Source: Neoechinorhynchus agilis
Lineage: Eukaryota > Animalia > Acanthocephala
Length of the DNA: 64,000 nt
Assembly (NCBI GenBank): GCA_051530055.1
Contig: CM121342.1
Span: 4,091,489-4,155,488, forward strand
Direction: 5' to 3'
The notes beneath the pieces are model-generated. The model made no database searches. It was not told the origin of the DNA and saw only the letters and a list, made by a program, of their open reading frames with translations. Positions 13,601 to 26,485 of the stretch are shown piece after piece. Every line of letters starts with the position of its first letter. Position 1 is the stretch's first letter. The translations under genes were made by a program, and so were the position numbers.

Positions 13601-16600
13601 TTACTTTCTCTTTTCTGATTAGCGAGGTATTTTTCGGATTTTTTTCAAAAAACGAAGGAAAGGTTTCTTTTAAACGGAAAACGTCCATCAACTTTACTTC
13701 TCTTTTCTGATTAGCGAGGTATTTTTCGGATTTTTTTCAAAAAACGAAGGAAAGGTTTTTTTTAAACGGAAAACGTCCATAAACTTTTACCTCCTCCTGA
13801 TTAGCGAGGTATTTTTCGATTTTTTTCAAAAAATTCGAAGCGAAAGCGTTTCTTTAAACGCATTTTGAAGAGGTATTTTTCGGATTTTTTTCAAAAAACG
13901 AAGGAAAGGTTTCTTTTAAACGGAAAAGGTCTATAAACTTTACTTCTCTTTCTGATTAGCGAGGTATTTTTCGGATTTTTTTAAAAAAAAGGAAGGAAGG
14001 TTTCTTTTAAACGGAAAACGTCCATCAACTTTACTTTTCTGATTAGGTTTTTTCGGATTTTTTTTCCAAAAAAAACGAAGGAAAGGTTTCTTTTAAACGG
14101 AAAACGTCCATCAACTTTACTTCTCTTTTCTGATTAGCGAGGTATTTTTCGGATTTTTTTTAAAAAACGAAGGAAAGGTTTCTTTTAAACGGAAAACGTC
14201 CATAAACTTTACTTCTCTTTTCTGATTAGCGAGGTATTTTTTTTTCAATTTTAAAAAACGATTTTTTTTCAAAAAAACTTTACTTCTCCTTTCAGATGAG
14301 TATTTTTCGGATTTTTTTAAAAAAAGGAAGGAAGGTTTCTTTTTTAAACGGAAAACGTCCATCAAACTTCTACTTTTCTGATTAGCGAGGTATTTTTCGA
14401 TTTTTTTCAAAAACGAAGGAAAGGTTTCTTTTAAACGGAAAACGTCCATTAACTTTACTTTTCTCTTTCACGATTAGCGAGGTATTTTTCGATTTTTTTC
14501 AAAAAACGAAGGAAAGGTTTCTTTTTTCCAAATCGGAAAAAGGTCTATAAACTTTACTTCTTCTGATTAGCGAGGTATTTTTCGGATTTTTTTCAAAAAA
14601 AGAAGGAAAGGTTTCTTTTAAACGGAAAACGTCCATCAACTTTACTTCTCTTTTCTGATTAGCGAGGTATTTTTTCGGATTTTTTTCAAAAAAGGAAGGA
14701 AATTTCGTTTCGCTTTTAAAACGGAAAACGTCCATTAACTTTACTCTCTTTTCTGATTAGAGGTATTTTTCGGATTTTTTTCAAAAAAAGAAGGAAAGGT
14801 TTCTTTTAAACGGAAAACGTCCATCAACTTTACTTCTCTTTTCTGATTAGCGAGGTATTTTTCGGATTTTTTCAAAAAACGAAGGAAAGGTTTCTTTTAA
14901 ACGGAAAAGGTCCATAACTTTACTTCTCTTTTCTGATTAGCGAGGTATTTTTCGGATTTTTTTCAAAAAACGAAGGAAAGGTTTCTTTTAAACGGAAAAC
15001 GTCCATAAACTTTACTTCTCTTTTCTGATTAGCGAGGTATTTTTCGGATTTTTTTTTCAAAAAACGAAGGAAGGTTTCTTTTAAACGGAAAACGTCCATC
15101 AACTTTACTTCTCGATCCATTAACTTTACTTCTCTTCTCTTTTCTGATTAGCGAGGTATTTTTCGGATTTTTTTCAAAAAACGGAAGGAAGGTTTCTTTT
15201 AAACGGAAAACGTCCATTAACTTTACTTCTCTTTTCTGATTAGCGAGGTATTTTTCGATTTTTTTCAAAAAACGAAGGATTTTTTTTTTAAACGGAAAAA
15301 TAAACTTTACTTCTCTTTTCTGATTAGCGAGGTATTTTTCGGATTTTTTTCCAAAAAAGGAATCGGAAAAGGTCTATAAACTTTTAAACGGAAAAATTAA
15401 CTTCTCTTTGGGAAAGGTTTCTTTTAAACGGAAAACGTCCATTAACTTTACTTTCTTTTCTGATTAGCGAGGCATTTTTTGGATTTTTTTTCAAAAAACG
15501 AAGGAAAGGTTTCTTTTAAACGGAAAACGTCCATTAACTTTACTTCTCTTTTCTGATTAGCGAGGTATTTTTCGGATTTTTTTCAAAAAACGAAGGAAAG
15601 GTTTCTTTTAAACGGAAAACGTCTATAAACTTTACTTCTCTTTTCTGATTAGCGAGGTATTTTTCGGATTTTTTTCCTTTTAAAAAAAGGAAGGAAAGGT
15701 TTCTTTTAAACGGAAAACGTCCATCAACTTTACTTCTCTTTTCTGATTAGCGAGGTATTTTTCGGATTTTTTTCAAAAAACGAAGGAAAGGTTTCTTTTA
15801 AACGGAAAACGTCCATAAACTTTACTTCTCTTTTCTGATTAGCGAGGTATTTTTCGGATTTTTTTCAAAAAAAAAAGGAAGGTTTCTTTTAAACGGAAAA
15901 CGTCCATCAACTTTACTTCTCTTTTCTGATTAGCGAGGTATTTTTCGGATTTTTTTTTCAAAAAACGAAGGAAAGGTTTCTTTTAAACGGAAAACGTCCA
16001 TTAACTTTACTTCTCTTTTCTGATTAGCGAGGTATTTTTCGGATTTTTTTCAAAAAACGAAGGAAAGGTTTCTTTTAAACGGAAAACGTCCATCAACTTT
16101 ACTTCTCTTTTCTGATTAGCGAGGTATTTTTCGGATTTTTTTCAAAAAACGAAGGAAAGGTTTCTTTTAAACGGAAAACGTCCATTAACTTTACTTCTCT
16201 TTTCTGATTAGCGAGGTATTTTTCGGATTTTTTTCAAAAAAACGAAGGAAGGGTTTCTTTTAAACGGAAAACGTCCATTAACTTTACTTCTCTTTTCTGA
16301 TTAGCGAGGTATTTTTCGGATTTTTTTAAACAAAAAAACGAAGGAGAGGTTTCTTTTAAACGGAAAACGTCCATAAACTTTACTTCTCTTTTCTGATTAG
16401 CGAGGTATTTTTCGGATTTTTTTCAAAAAAAGGAAGGAAACGGTTTCTTTTAAACGGAAAACGTCCATCAACTTTACTTCTCTTTTCTGATTAGCGAGGT
16501 ATTTTTCGGATTTTTTTCAAAAAACGAAGGAAAGGTTTCTTTTAAACGGAAAACGTCCATTAACTTTACTTCTCTTTTCTGATTAGCGAGGTATTTTTCG

Positions 16601-17570
16601 GATTTTTTTCCAAAAAACGAAACTTTACTTTTTCTGAAAGGTTTCTTTTAAACGGAAAACGTCCATTAACTTTACTTCTCTTTTCTGATTAGCGAGGTAT
16701 TTTTCGGATTTTTTTCAAAAAACGAAGGAGAGGTTTCTTTTAAACGGAAAAGGTCTATAAACTTTACTTCTCTTTTCTGATTAGCGAGGTATTTTTCGGA
16801 TTTTTTTCCAAAAAAAGGAAGGAAGGTCCATTAACTTTACTTCTTTTTCTGAAAGGTATTTTTCGGAAAAAAACGAAGGAAAGGTTTCTTTTAAACGGAA
16901 AACGTTTTAACTTTACTTCTTTCTGATTAGCGAGGTATTTTTCGGATTTTTTTCAAAAAACGAAGGAGAGGTTTCTTTTAAACGGAAAAGGTCTATAAAC
17001 TTTACTTCTCTTTTCTGATTAGCGAGGTATTTTTCGGATTTTTTTCCAAAAAAGGAAGGAAGGTTTTCTTTTAAACGGAAAACGTCCATTAACTTTACTT
17101 CTCTTTTCTGATTAGCGAGGTATTTTTCGGATTTTTTTCAAAAAACGAAGGAAAGGTTTCTTTTAAACGGAAAACGTCCATTAACTTTACTTCTCTTTTC
17201 TGATTAGCGAGGTATTTTTCGGATTTTTTTCAAAAAACGGATTTTTTTAAACGGAAAAGGTCTATAAACGTTCAAAAAAGCGAAGGATTTTTTTCAAAAA
17301 ACGGTTTCTTTTAAACGGAAAACGTCCATTAACTTTACTTCTCTTTTCTGATTAGCGAGGTATTTTTCGGATTTTTTTCAAAAAAGGAAGGAAAGGTTTC
17401 TTTTAAACGGAAAACGTCCATTAACTTTACTTCTCTTTTCTCTGATTAGCGAGGTATTTTTCGGATTTTTTTCAAAAAACGAAGGAAAGGTTTCTTTTAA
17501 ACGGAAAAGGTCCATAAACTTTACTTCTCTTCGCAAATTAGCAAGGTATTTCTCAATTTTTTTCAAAATC
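7691..17570. repeat. Tandem satellite, ~92-bp unit, ~107 copies
   Basis: Unit aactttacttctcttttctgattagcgaggtatttttcggatttttttcaaaaaacgaaggaaaggtttcttttaaacggaaaacgtccatt. Period 92 (e.g. ttttctga at 9121 and 9213). Two variants (aacgtccat / aaggtctat) often alternate. Confidence 0.98.
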
Positions 17571-17861
17571 GAAATTTACCAACCAGTGTCTTGTCAATTT
17601 ATCTTTGCGACCATTCCAAAAACTTTATTCCTTTCACTTATTAGAAACTATGGCGATTCTTTTAAAGCATAATATTGGGTGTAATTGATCTTAAAATGCT
17701 CTGTGTTTTTGAATTTTAATTTATTTTATCGTTTAAAGAAAAGAATTCATTGATGGATTTTTAAATTTTAAACCAGTGTAGGAGGAACACGGTACAAAAT
17801 GAATTCGTCGCTTATGTTTTTACTAATTTAAAATTTTTCAAAGAACATCGTGGGCTTTTAG

Positions 17862-18333
17862 GAAAGCGACAGTCAATACGACGAAGAGGAAAACAACCTC
17901 AGCAATATCGATCAACGTGAGTAGCAATTAAGACAATCTCTATCATATGACTATTATTCAAAGCGGTTGAAGAAGATCATGTGTACAAAACAATTAAAGA
18001 AGCAACCAGAGTTGGAAAATTGGATCTCAAATATCATCGAGCTGCGGTGAGACAGGCGAGATTTGGAGGTTTGAACAATATCCACCATTCGCCCATTTAT
18101 ATTTTTGTTTTGTGATTGAGAAAATAGAGATTAGTTTTAGGATTATTGTTTAATAATTTTTTACGATTGAAGACGTTTTGGGATGAACCCCCACGAAGTT
18201 CATAGAACGTATTTAATCGAAAAAATTAGACAATAATCCTAATCAAATTGAGATTAATTTCTGTTAATTCGGACTTTTTCAGGTTGTAAAGGTTCTCAAT
18301 CCGTACTTGAACAATTTTTTACAACCCAAAGAG
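17862..18333 (+). CDS. Putative coding exons of an orphan gene (17862-17916, 17964-18046, 18283-~18333; further exons likely to ~18750)
   Basis: tttag/gtgagt, caaag/gtgaga and tttcag junctions join in phase: ESDSQYDEEENNLSNIDQ/PVEEDHVYKTIKEATRVGKLDLKYHRAA/VVKVLNPYLNNFLQPKE. The downstream fragment DSEDFPQYKGESPRILSIQK could not be joined in phase. Confidence 0.5.
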
Positions 18334-19385
18334 GTCCTACGAAACGGACGAAATATAGAATTAACACAAATTAATTTCTATTTTCTCAATGACAAAACAA
18401 AATATCCATCGACAACTTCTTTACAACATTCGCCTTTCTGTGCAACAAAAACTGTCTAGAAATCAATAAATCCACAGACAGTGAAGATTTTCCGCAATAC
18501 AAGGGAGAAAGTCCTAGGATTTTAAGCATTCAAAAGGTTATCACAAATTTGATTGAGTTGAAGAGGGAGGCCATGGGCATGCAAAGTGACTGAGTGTAGA
18601 AGACATACAGTCCTCTTCACGTTCGAGCGTTTCTTAAATTGGGAAATATGTTGAACTCCGTTCCGATGAATACCTCTGATTGGCAGGTTTTGATTGTGGA
18701 TTCCAGTACAGAGCTTGCAAAGGGACAATCAAGGTCGTAAAATTGGTTTGAGTTCTCACGAAAAATGGACAATGACGAAAACATTGTGAAATTGAGTATT
18801 GTACTTGCTGAACAGATTTAAGCAGTAAAATGCTTTTAAAGACATTATTCCAATAATACGTAAATTCATTAAATAGAGTTTTCGAGATTAACTTCTTGTC
18901 GAAAATGGCCTAACGTTGTCTAAATATTCTTTAGCATTTGAATATTCCGTCGATTCAAATTTCCACAGGTTCATTGAGGAAAGCTTTATACTGTATTAAA
19001 AAAATTGAAACATCTTTTGCGAATTATGATTGCCAGAATGCTTTATTATGAGCTTAGAAAAGTCAGCAGAATATACTCAAAATTTTTGCTAAATTGCTGG
19101 ATAAGCAACTAATGCGAAAACATAGCTCAGGGTGGAACTGTTAATATTGATTGGTCCTATATTGATTGCATCGATCGGAATATTAGCTATAATTGTTGTT
19201 CAGTTTCAAATACGAGTTTGGAATTTATATCGGATTTGAAGCTTCAGCACTTCGTCATTATTTCAAGTAAAATCAATCCAGTTTTCCACTATGACAACGA
19301 TAGATTTTACGTTATATCAAAATGTCGATATGTGAGGAGGTTTAAATGATTAGAATTATTGTTTAGAAGTCTTCACTTAGTAGAT

Positions 19386-20122
19386 AAACGGCAGAGGATA
19401 CGAAGGAGGCCGATTTGTGCTATTTACATTCTATTTAACCGTTTTCATTTGGTTAATAAACGAGTTTTTAAACGGGGTCATAGCAAAAATCTTCTATTAA
19501 ATTCGAGGTTTTCTTTATTAATTAGACATTTTAACACTTGATCGATGCTCGGATTAAAAACCTACTCTGCAATGCCGTGATTTCTTTATGTTAAAATATC
19601 GGTTTATCTAGAGGTTGAAACGGGTTCTACCATTTTAAAGCTTAAAATTACGGACCCAGAAGTGGCCTGAAAGATTATCAATATATTAATATTTCTTTAC
19701 AGTAAAATTATGGGCGAAAATTGTTGAAGAAACGTTAAAGAATGACAAATTCGCTACGGTGAGTTTGATGGTTGTTCTAAAGAACCCGAAGAGCCAAATG
19801 AAGCTCAAAAGTCGAGTTTAGAGAATGGTGACACTATCACGTTCTCGGTTGATAGCAGATGGATCGAGGAAATTCAGTGGAAATTAAAGATGATTTTATT
19901 TTGTCCGTAAAGAATATAAAAACGGCAGAGGATACGAAGGAGGCCGATTTGTGCTATTTACATTCTATTTAACCGTTTTCATTTGGTTAATAAACGAGTT
20001 TTTAAATGGGGTCATAGCAAAAATCTTCTATTAAATTCGAGGTTTTCTTTATTAATTAGACATTTTAACACTTGATCGATGCTCGGATTAAAAACCTACT
20101 CTGCAATGCGGTGATTTCTTTA
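19386..20122. repeat. Pair of 203-bp direct repeats (19386-19588 and 19920-20122) around a 331-bp spacer
   Basis: aaacggcagagg...gtgatttcttta occurs twice with 2 mismatches. Confidence 0.95.
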
Positions 20123-20325
20123 GAATTATTGTTTAGAAGTCTTCATCTGATAATTACTTTTATCAGAACGATTGGAACCTCGTACTTGTAAACAATAATT
20201 CCTTTTTTAAATAATTAAATGGTTTTGTAATTTGCAACAAACGATTAGACGTTCAATTTTTACAGATTTAGATGGTATTTATTTTTGCGTAGTGTATTGT
20301 TTCGTTTTCTTTAATTTTTGGCATG

Positions 20326-22973
20326 TTACAATATGATGGACGATGGAGCACCGTAATGGTTGTTTCTGTATTGATTGATTGCGATTTTAGGACGTGATGA
20401 TTGATCAACTGCATCCAATCTTTGAATATTGCTCGTTCCACGAGAAGAGCTCCCACTCGATGACCTTTCACTACCATTGTTCATTGTGAGTAATTTGATT
20501 TTTCGACTAAAATGTCTAGTGAGACAACTGGTCGCGGATATGATTGCAATGAGTACAAAAAGTGTTAACGACAATAAAGGTACGAAAGCTCTTCCTATTC
20601 TATCAGAATGTTCAAGGTCAATATCTGTTTCTGATCCACAAAGACTTTGTTTCTCAACTGAACAAACAGATGCTCTGATTTCTTTTATTTTTCCCATGTC
20701 AAGTGTCCGTAAGGAGACGTAATGACCGTTTCTTATTGGGAAACATCGATGAGCTTTTTGGAATTGATCACGGTTTTCGTAGGAAAGATAAACACTGAGG
20801 CACATTTGACCGATGGATATAAGGTCGCGCCGAAAAGGAGTGAAATCAAATTGAAGTAGTTTCTCGTTGCTTTTATATTGCCAATTGATCACTTGTGGCA
20901 TATCGCGGAACTTGACGGGATACTCATTAGTCGTTACAAGTAATCGGTTTGACCATTGACTCTTTCCTACTACGTTTACAGCTGATACTCTTAATCGATA
21001 CTGGAATGATTCGGATAATCCAGTAATGTTTATGCAGGTGTCAGTCGTCCGGACTTGCCAATAAGGAGGTCCAATATCCACAATGAAACTATCAGCGTCA
21101 TCACCATCTCCAGAATCCCAGCAAATGTGTATCCAGGAGTATGTTACTTTTGTGGCTGTTAGATTCAAAGGCTTTCCTGGCACTGTCTTTGGTGTTACTT
21201 CTTGAATTGATTTTGTGATGCCTAATGAATTTTTACCCACACAAGTATAATTGCCATAATCAATTGGTTTTATTGATCCAATTCGAAGTTGGCATCGAAC
21301 AACATTCTTTGTTAGAGGTACACAAGACGTGCTTCTATGAGTGATTAATCCTTTTAGCCACGAAATCGATGGCAATGGAAATCCTTTCATTGTACAATTA
21401 AGAACTGTCGATGATCCCAGTGCAGCTGATACTAAATTGACTTGTTCCGTAATGCTATGTGAAGGTGGTACTTGAACGATAATCTCAACGCTGTCGCTCC
21501 CGACTAAACTCCCATTTTCAACATCATTCGTAGCTTGACAAATATATTGTCCGGCGTCCAATTCACCGATTGGGTACAATGAAAGGTGGTAACATGCTTC
21601 TATGTTTGAAATTTGAGAAATGCTTACATTAGACAAGGGAACATTATCAAGCAACCATATTAGTCGCGAAGCATTTGGATTTGATTTAATGCAACAGTTC
21701 AAGACTAGATTGTCCGATTGGTTAACTACTATTGGAATTCCTCGTTGTTCGATTATCCGCACCCTGGGTGCGTATAATACGTTCAAATTGAACGAAATGT
21801 TAGCCATACAATTCGAACTTGAAGCCAAGCATCTATATTCACCGGCATCATTATCGGAAACCTGTTGAATCGCAAAATTTCTACTTTTTGATATTATTTC
21901 ACCTCCTTTCGTCCAAAAATATTCCCGGATTTGAGGATTCCCATGACCGACACATGATACAGCCAATGTGTCACCAAACATAACCTTTTGAACCTTTGTG
22001 GTAACTGATGAACCGTTTGCAAAAATACTGAGAATTGGACAATACTCTACATTTAGCGTAAAATCCGCCGAATACAAATCCTTGTTTATTGCTTCGTTAA
22101 GTAAACTGCATTTTATCCTGCATGAATTGTGATTTGCAGTTACTGCAAGTTTAACTGCAGATCCTTCCGCAAATTTGTTCCATTTATCGGCTGTTGATAG
22201 TCGATACCATGAAACCAGAGCTGGAGGATTACCCATCTCCATGCTTGTGCAATTCAATTGAATTTGGTCACCTGATTTGACGACTTTTTTGTTTGAAATC
22301 ACCAGTGGGACCGAAGGTGGCACTAATAAAGAGAAACGTCGTTATTTAAATCGAGTTTTGCGAAAAATCATCCTTTTGCGCAAAAAAAAGCAATCCAAAC
22401 AATAAAATTGATTTAGTAATAAGATTATCGACACAAAGCTGTTTTCTCATTTATTGCGAAAAAAAATAATTAGCGAATAAGGTGGTAGGCAATAAATCTA
22501 TCAATTTTATTGCTACAAATTAAAGTGAGATTTTTGCATTTACAGATGAGTGAAAAAACAAATTAGTCAAAAAACTTACCAAGTACAGTAACATTGAACT
22601 TGCCGATTACATGAGATCCAAATTTTTCGCACGTGTAAATACCATTATGTCGTTTTTGAGCTCGAATAATGGTTAAAATTGGCAATTGCGTTCGATTATC
22701 GGAGCTGATCAAATAGTCCCGCTTGACATCCTTATTTAGAACATTATTTACGCTGATCATTGCGCCGTTTAGATTAAATGTGACAATATCAGGTTCAAAA
22801 GTCTGGTTTGTTTCGCATTTGAGAGTATAATTGTGATTTTGTTTCACTTTTACAACAACAACAGCAACGTTGACGCTTGTAACTAAATTTGAATAGAGAT
22901 AGTTCAAATTAGCAACAAAAAAAACAATACCTGTTGGAATGTTTAATAAAATAAAAATTGAAAGAAGCATCAT
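20326..22973 (-). CDS. Ig-superfamily single-pass receptor, 5 Ig + 1 FN3 + TM (Sidestep/nephrin/echinoid-like architecture), ~796 aa; exons 22973-22580 and 22322-20326
   Basis: Hydrophobic N-terminus. Ig Cys pairs LKC..GIYTC, LNC(GNPPALVSW)..IKC, VSC..GEYRC, LNC..GQYIC and LNC..GNYTC. FN3 motif PGKPLNL...YRLRVSAVNVVG. TM AFVPLLSLTLFVLIAIISA. The gtaagt...ttag intron of 257 nt joins the two ORFs in frame (G|TG). Confidence 0.88.
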
Positions 22974-24510
22974 GTAAAAGTGTTCAATTATTCGTAAATC
23001 TTTAAGTAGACTATATAAGATTGGTTTCCAAAAAATATTCTAGAACAATAAAATACGAAGAGGGTATAAAGTGCAAGCTCGATTCTGATTGGCTGCAGGT
23101 ACGTTAATTATAGGTGATATCTTTTAAGGATCTACATTGGTGGTATCAGATTTTTGAGCCACTTAACCGTGGGATACGTGACTGTTAATGTCACTATAGC
23201 GGTAAAATCTCAAATAACCGTTACTCTTCATAAAAATTAAGAGATTTGCGTCCTGGGTCGTTTTCTAATTACATTGGCCGGCGTTACTTTGATGTAAAAT
23301 TCAAAATTGTATTGTGAGAAGATCACGCATGGAAAGTTCAATAAATCCAAATAATTAGGCATCAATTAAGCAACACAATCGATGATTTGCACCACACAAT
23401 GTCAACGAAGTGTTGAGACTAAACGGACGGGACTAGGTTTTGGGTCACAGATATCTCAATTGTTTGCCTTCCCCCCCGCTCCATTTCCACCGACACCAAA
23501 TCGAGGTCTCAATGTTAGCATGCGTCAAAGACAATCCTCATGGTATCCCAGATGACCAATGATATATGATCGATTGTCCTTACAACCGATTCAAATGTAG
23601 GGCGCATTACCCACAAGCAACACGCAAAGGTCGACTTGATAATCTCACCTCCACGCCAAATGGACCGATTAAAGCTCCAATGTTAGCTCGAGAGTGCCGT
23701 GGTGGTGGTGGTCAGCTGTGTATGCACCACTTCCATTATTTCGGCTCGGAACCAGGACAGCTTACAGATTAGCAACTGTATTTAGACGCACCGCCGCAAT
23801 GCTCTAATGGCACCTGTCGCATAAAAGCGTGCTTTTTGAGCTAATGGACCAGTGGAAATTATGGCTCTTAAAACAACATTCATGAGTCCGTTGTTTACTT
23901 TCAAACATCGTAAAGCCTTCTATCGATGAGAAAAGAGCCATAAAACACTATGAGAAATTGCTAAGACAATTGCAATTCACACCCAAAGTCAAAGAAATAA
24001 CGCTTTTAACTTTGCAACATCTTACAGCTTATGAATCACACACACACAAAAACGACCTTTCCTGTGGAGAATCTACTCGTTCTTATCCGCTTCTAATGAC
24101 CGAACAATCAAACTTTATTTTTTCAAGAATAGCTGTGGAAAAAGGCCGCACATTGATATCTTTATTCTCCATTTCCTCGGGGATCCTCTCTGAATTGTTT
24201 ACTCTCTGATACAATTTTTTTGATCAACCATTTTTCCAATTGAAAATTATGAACTGCTCGGTCTTAAATTTTAATCAAATTCTCAATAGAAAAACGGAAA
24301 TTAATCTTTGATCTTAAACACAAATTTCGCTCCGGCTGTCACCCTCCATTCATCATTTTAATTACCGATTTGCACGCAATTAAATGAGTTCTTTTGATCT
24401 AATTTCGGAATTTTGGGCGTAAACGACAACGAATTTTGATGGAAGTTTTAATTAATCATGACCCAAACATCAAAAGTACTCTTTGAAATTTATCAAATTG
24501 AAATATAAGC

Positions 24511-24664
24511 CGATAGGAGAAAATAAATGAAATTAAGAATTTATTGGATATTTCCATCCACTATCTCGGATCTTCTTCAGCGATTGTTTGTTAGTAATGG
24601 CGGATCCGAGATAGTGGATTGAAATATCCAATAAATTCTTAATTTCATTTATTTTCTCCTATCG
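24511..24664. repeat. Near-perfect inverted repeat: 62-bp arms, 1 mismatch, 30-nt loop
   Basis: 24511-24572 is the reverse complement of 24603-24664 apart from one base. Confidence 0.95.
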
Positions 24665-26485
24665 AGAAAATAACAATGAATAATCTTTTCAACATGAAAT
24701 ATAAGCAATTTTAATTAGATTTGCTTAATTTCTTTGTGCTTTTATGCATTGCACGTAATTAATTAAAGAAATTTAATATTGATCATGCACGAGATTTGAG
24801 TATTCCGATTTTAGTAAATCTTAACGCGCTGATTCCAAATCTGTGTTCGGATTTGCGATAGCTATCATGGTTCTTGAGTTATTCTCTGTTACATTTTGAG
24901 ACAAACTACCTTGAAGTATCTTTCCTAAATCGAATGAATAAAAGTACCTCTTCTTAATTTTCCCATCAACTTGTAAAACTGTCAAAACAGCTAAGTGGCA
25001 CTAAAATTTAAAGCTCGCCTAACCTCCAAGCATCCTAAATTGACAGTGAATCTCTTATGAGTTGCGCTGAGTATGTGAGAATATTACACCAATTTTAAAA
25101 TCAAGATTTCATGGGATCCGTTTCCAACATTTATGCCAACTGAAGAGTTTCCACGTGCTCTTTGTTTGATTTTTTGTTTCCAGACAGCGTTTTCTTTTCC
25201 AAACCAAGGTCACGGCTGTTAAATGCTGTCCAGTTTCCAGTACTAATCTTAGCATTCTTGCCGGATTGCAACTTTATCCAAGAAATACCGGAAATTGTTC
25301 AAGAACACTAAGAATTTCTCCTTAAAATCATTACTTGTAATAAAATTCGGTCACAAACAGTTAATCTGGACGATAAATGCTTTGAAGGCACTTTTATTAA
25401 ATTTATCATTGAGACCAATGACTAAAGTTTAAAATGAAAATTTTGCGAAAAAACATTTAAACAATGACTTAAGAGATGAGATTACCTCCTTCGTAATATT
25501 TCAAATAACCAAAATTATAACCTGATTATTCCGAAGGATTATCTTTGCCGATGATTAAGAAGGAGTTGATCTTGCTCAAACTTGATGTTACATAATCAAA
25601 AATCAATGTTGGTTTCCTTCTGATGAAGACGTTTCCCAGAATCATTTCTGTAATCATAAATTTGTGCTTTCTCCGAATAATGAAATTCTTGAAGGTTTCG
25701 CTAAGAAATAATGAAAAGAACTCGGGTGATTTCCTTGATGGTTCCTTTCGCTATGAACAAATTCATGACTGCCTTCATAAGATTGTTATCAATCTTTCTA
25801 TAATATGAAGAATGACGATAAGCGATCGAGTGGTTAAACCATATCGACGAGGACGATGAAATTAGAACATTGGATTGTCGCTAAGACAGTATTTATAATG
25901 AGGCAGGTCAAAATTTTACGAAACCTTTTTTAAAATCAAGATAATATCCAGCCTTTCAAAATCGGTTTTTTTGCACAATAAGGAGTGTAAATCATTTTCA
26001 TTCTTTTTTAATCGAGATATTCAAAAAATTTCGAGCTTTGTTCGTACCATTTCATTAATCTCAACGACTAAACTGTTCACAATGAATGCTGATCTAAAAA
26101 TTACTCGCTTTAAAGTGAAATGGAACAAAGAAGTCGAGAAGATCATTTTATTTAGTTAAAGATAAAATCCATAAGTATGTGGAAGTGGGCAAAAATTGCA
26201 TATCCAAGAATTTTAGCGTGATTGGACGAAATATTTCAATTAAAATGATTCTTTTTACATAATCTAGAAATTTTCGAATAAAATAGAAGACTCTTATCGA
26301 CAAAGTCAAGATATGTTGAAATGGTTCATTACACAAAAAATAACCAGTTTTATTTTTTACAAAATAAAGAGAAAATTTGGTTTATTGAGTAAAGAAATCA
26401 CAAATTCCTTAAAACTTGAGGATAATTTTTCTCCACTATGTCGATTTTTGTCGATTATCACTCTTGTCATTCTCATTTTTTGTAG

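Noticed and set aside
10680-17300. Scrambled or truncated monomers in the 92-bp array (e.g. ~10680-10740, 11310-11360, 11940-12050)
   Set aside because: They cannot be distinguished from long-read consensus errors without raw reads.
19610-19670. Cadherin-like peptide EVETGSTILKLKITDPE
   Set aside because: It is short, followed by a stop, and cannot be spliced in frame.
19386-20122. TRIM/LTR mini-retrotransposon interpretation of the 203-bp repeats
   Set aside because: There are no TG...CA termini, primer-binding site or polypurine tract.
25540-25760. Minus-strand stretch ...RRKPTLIFDY... vaguely like C1orf74
   Set aside because: The similarity is too weak and no consistent gene model was found.
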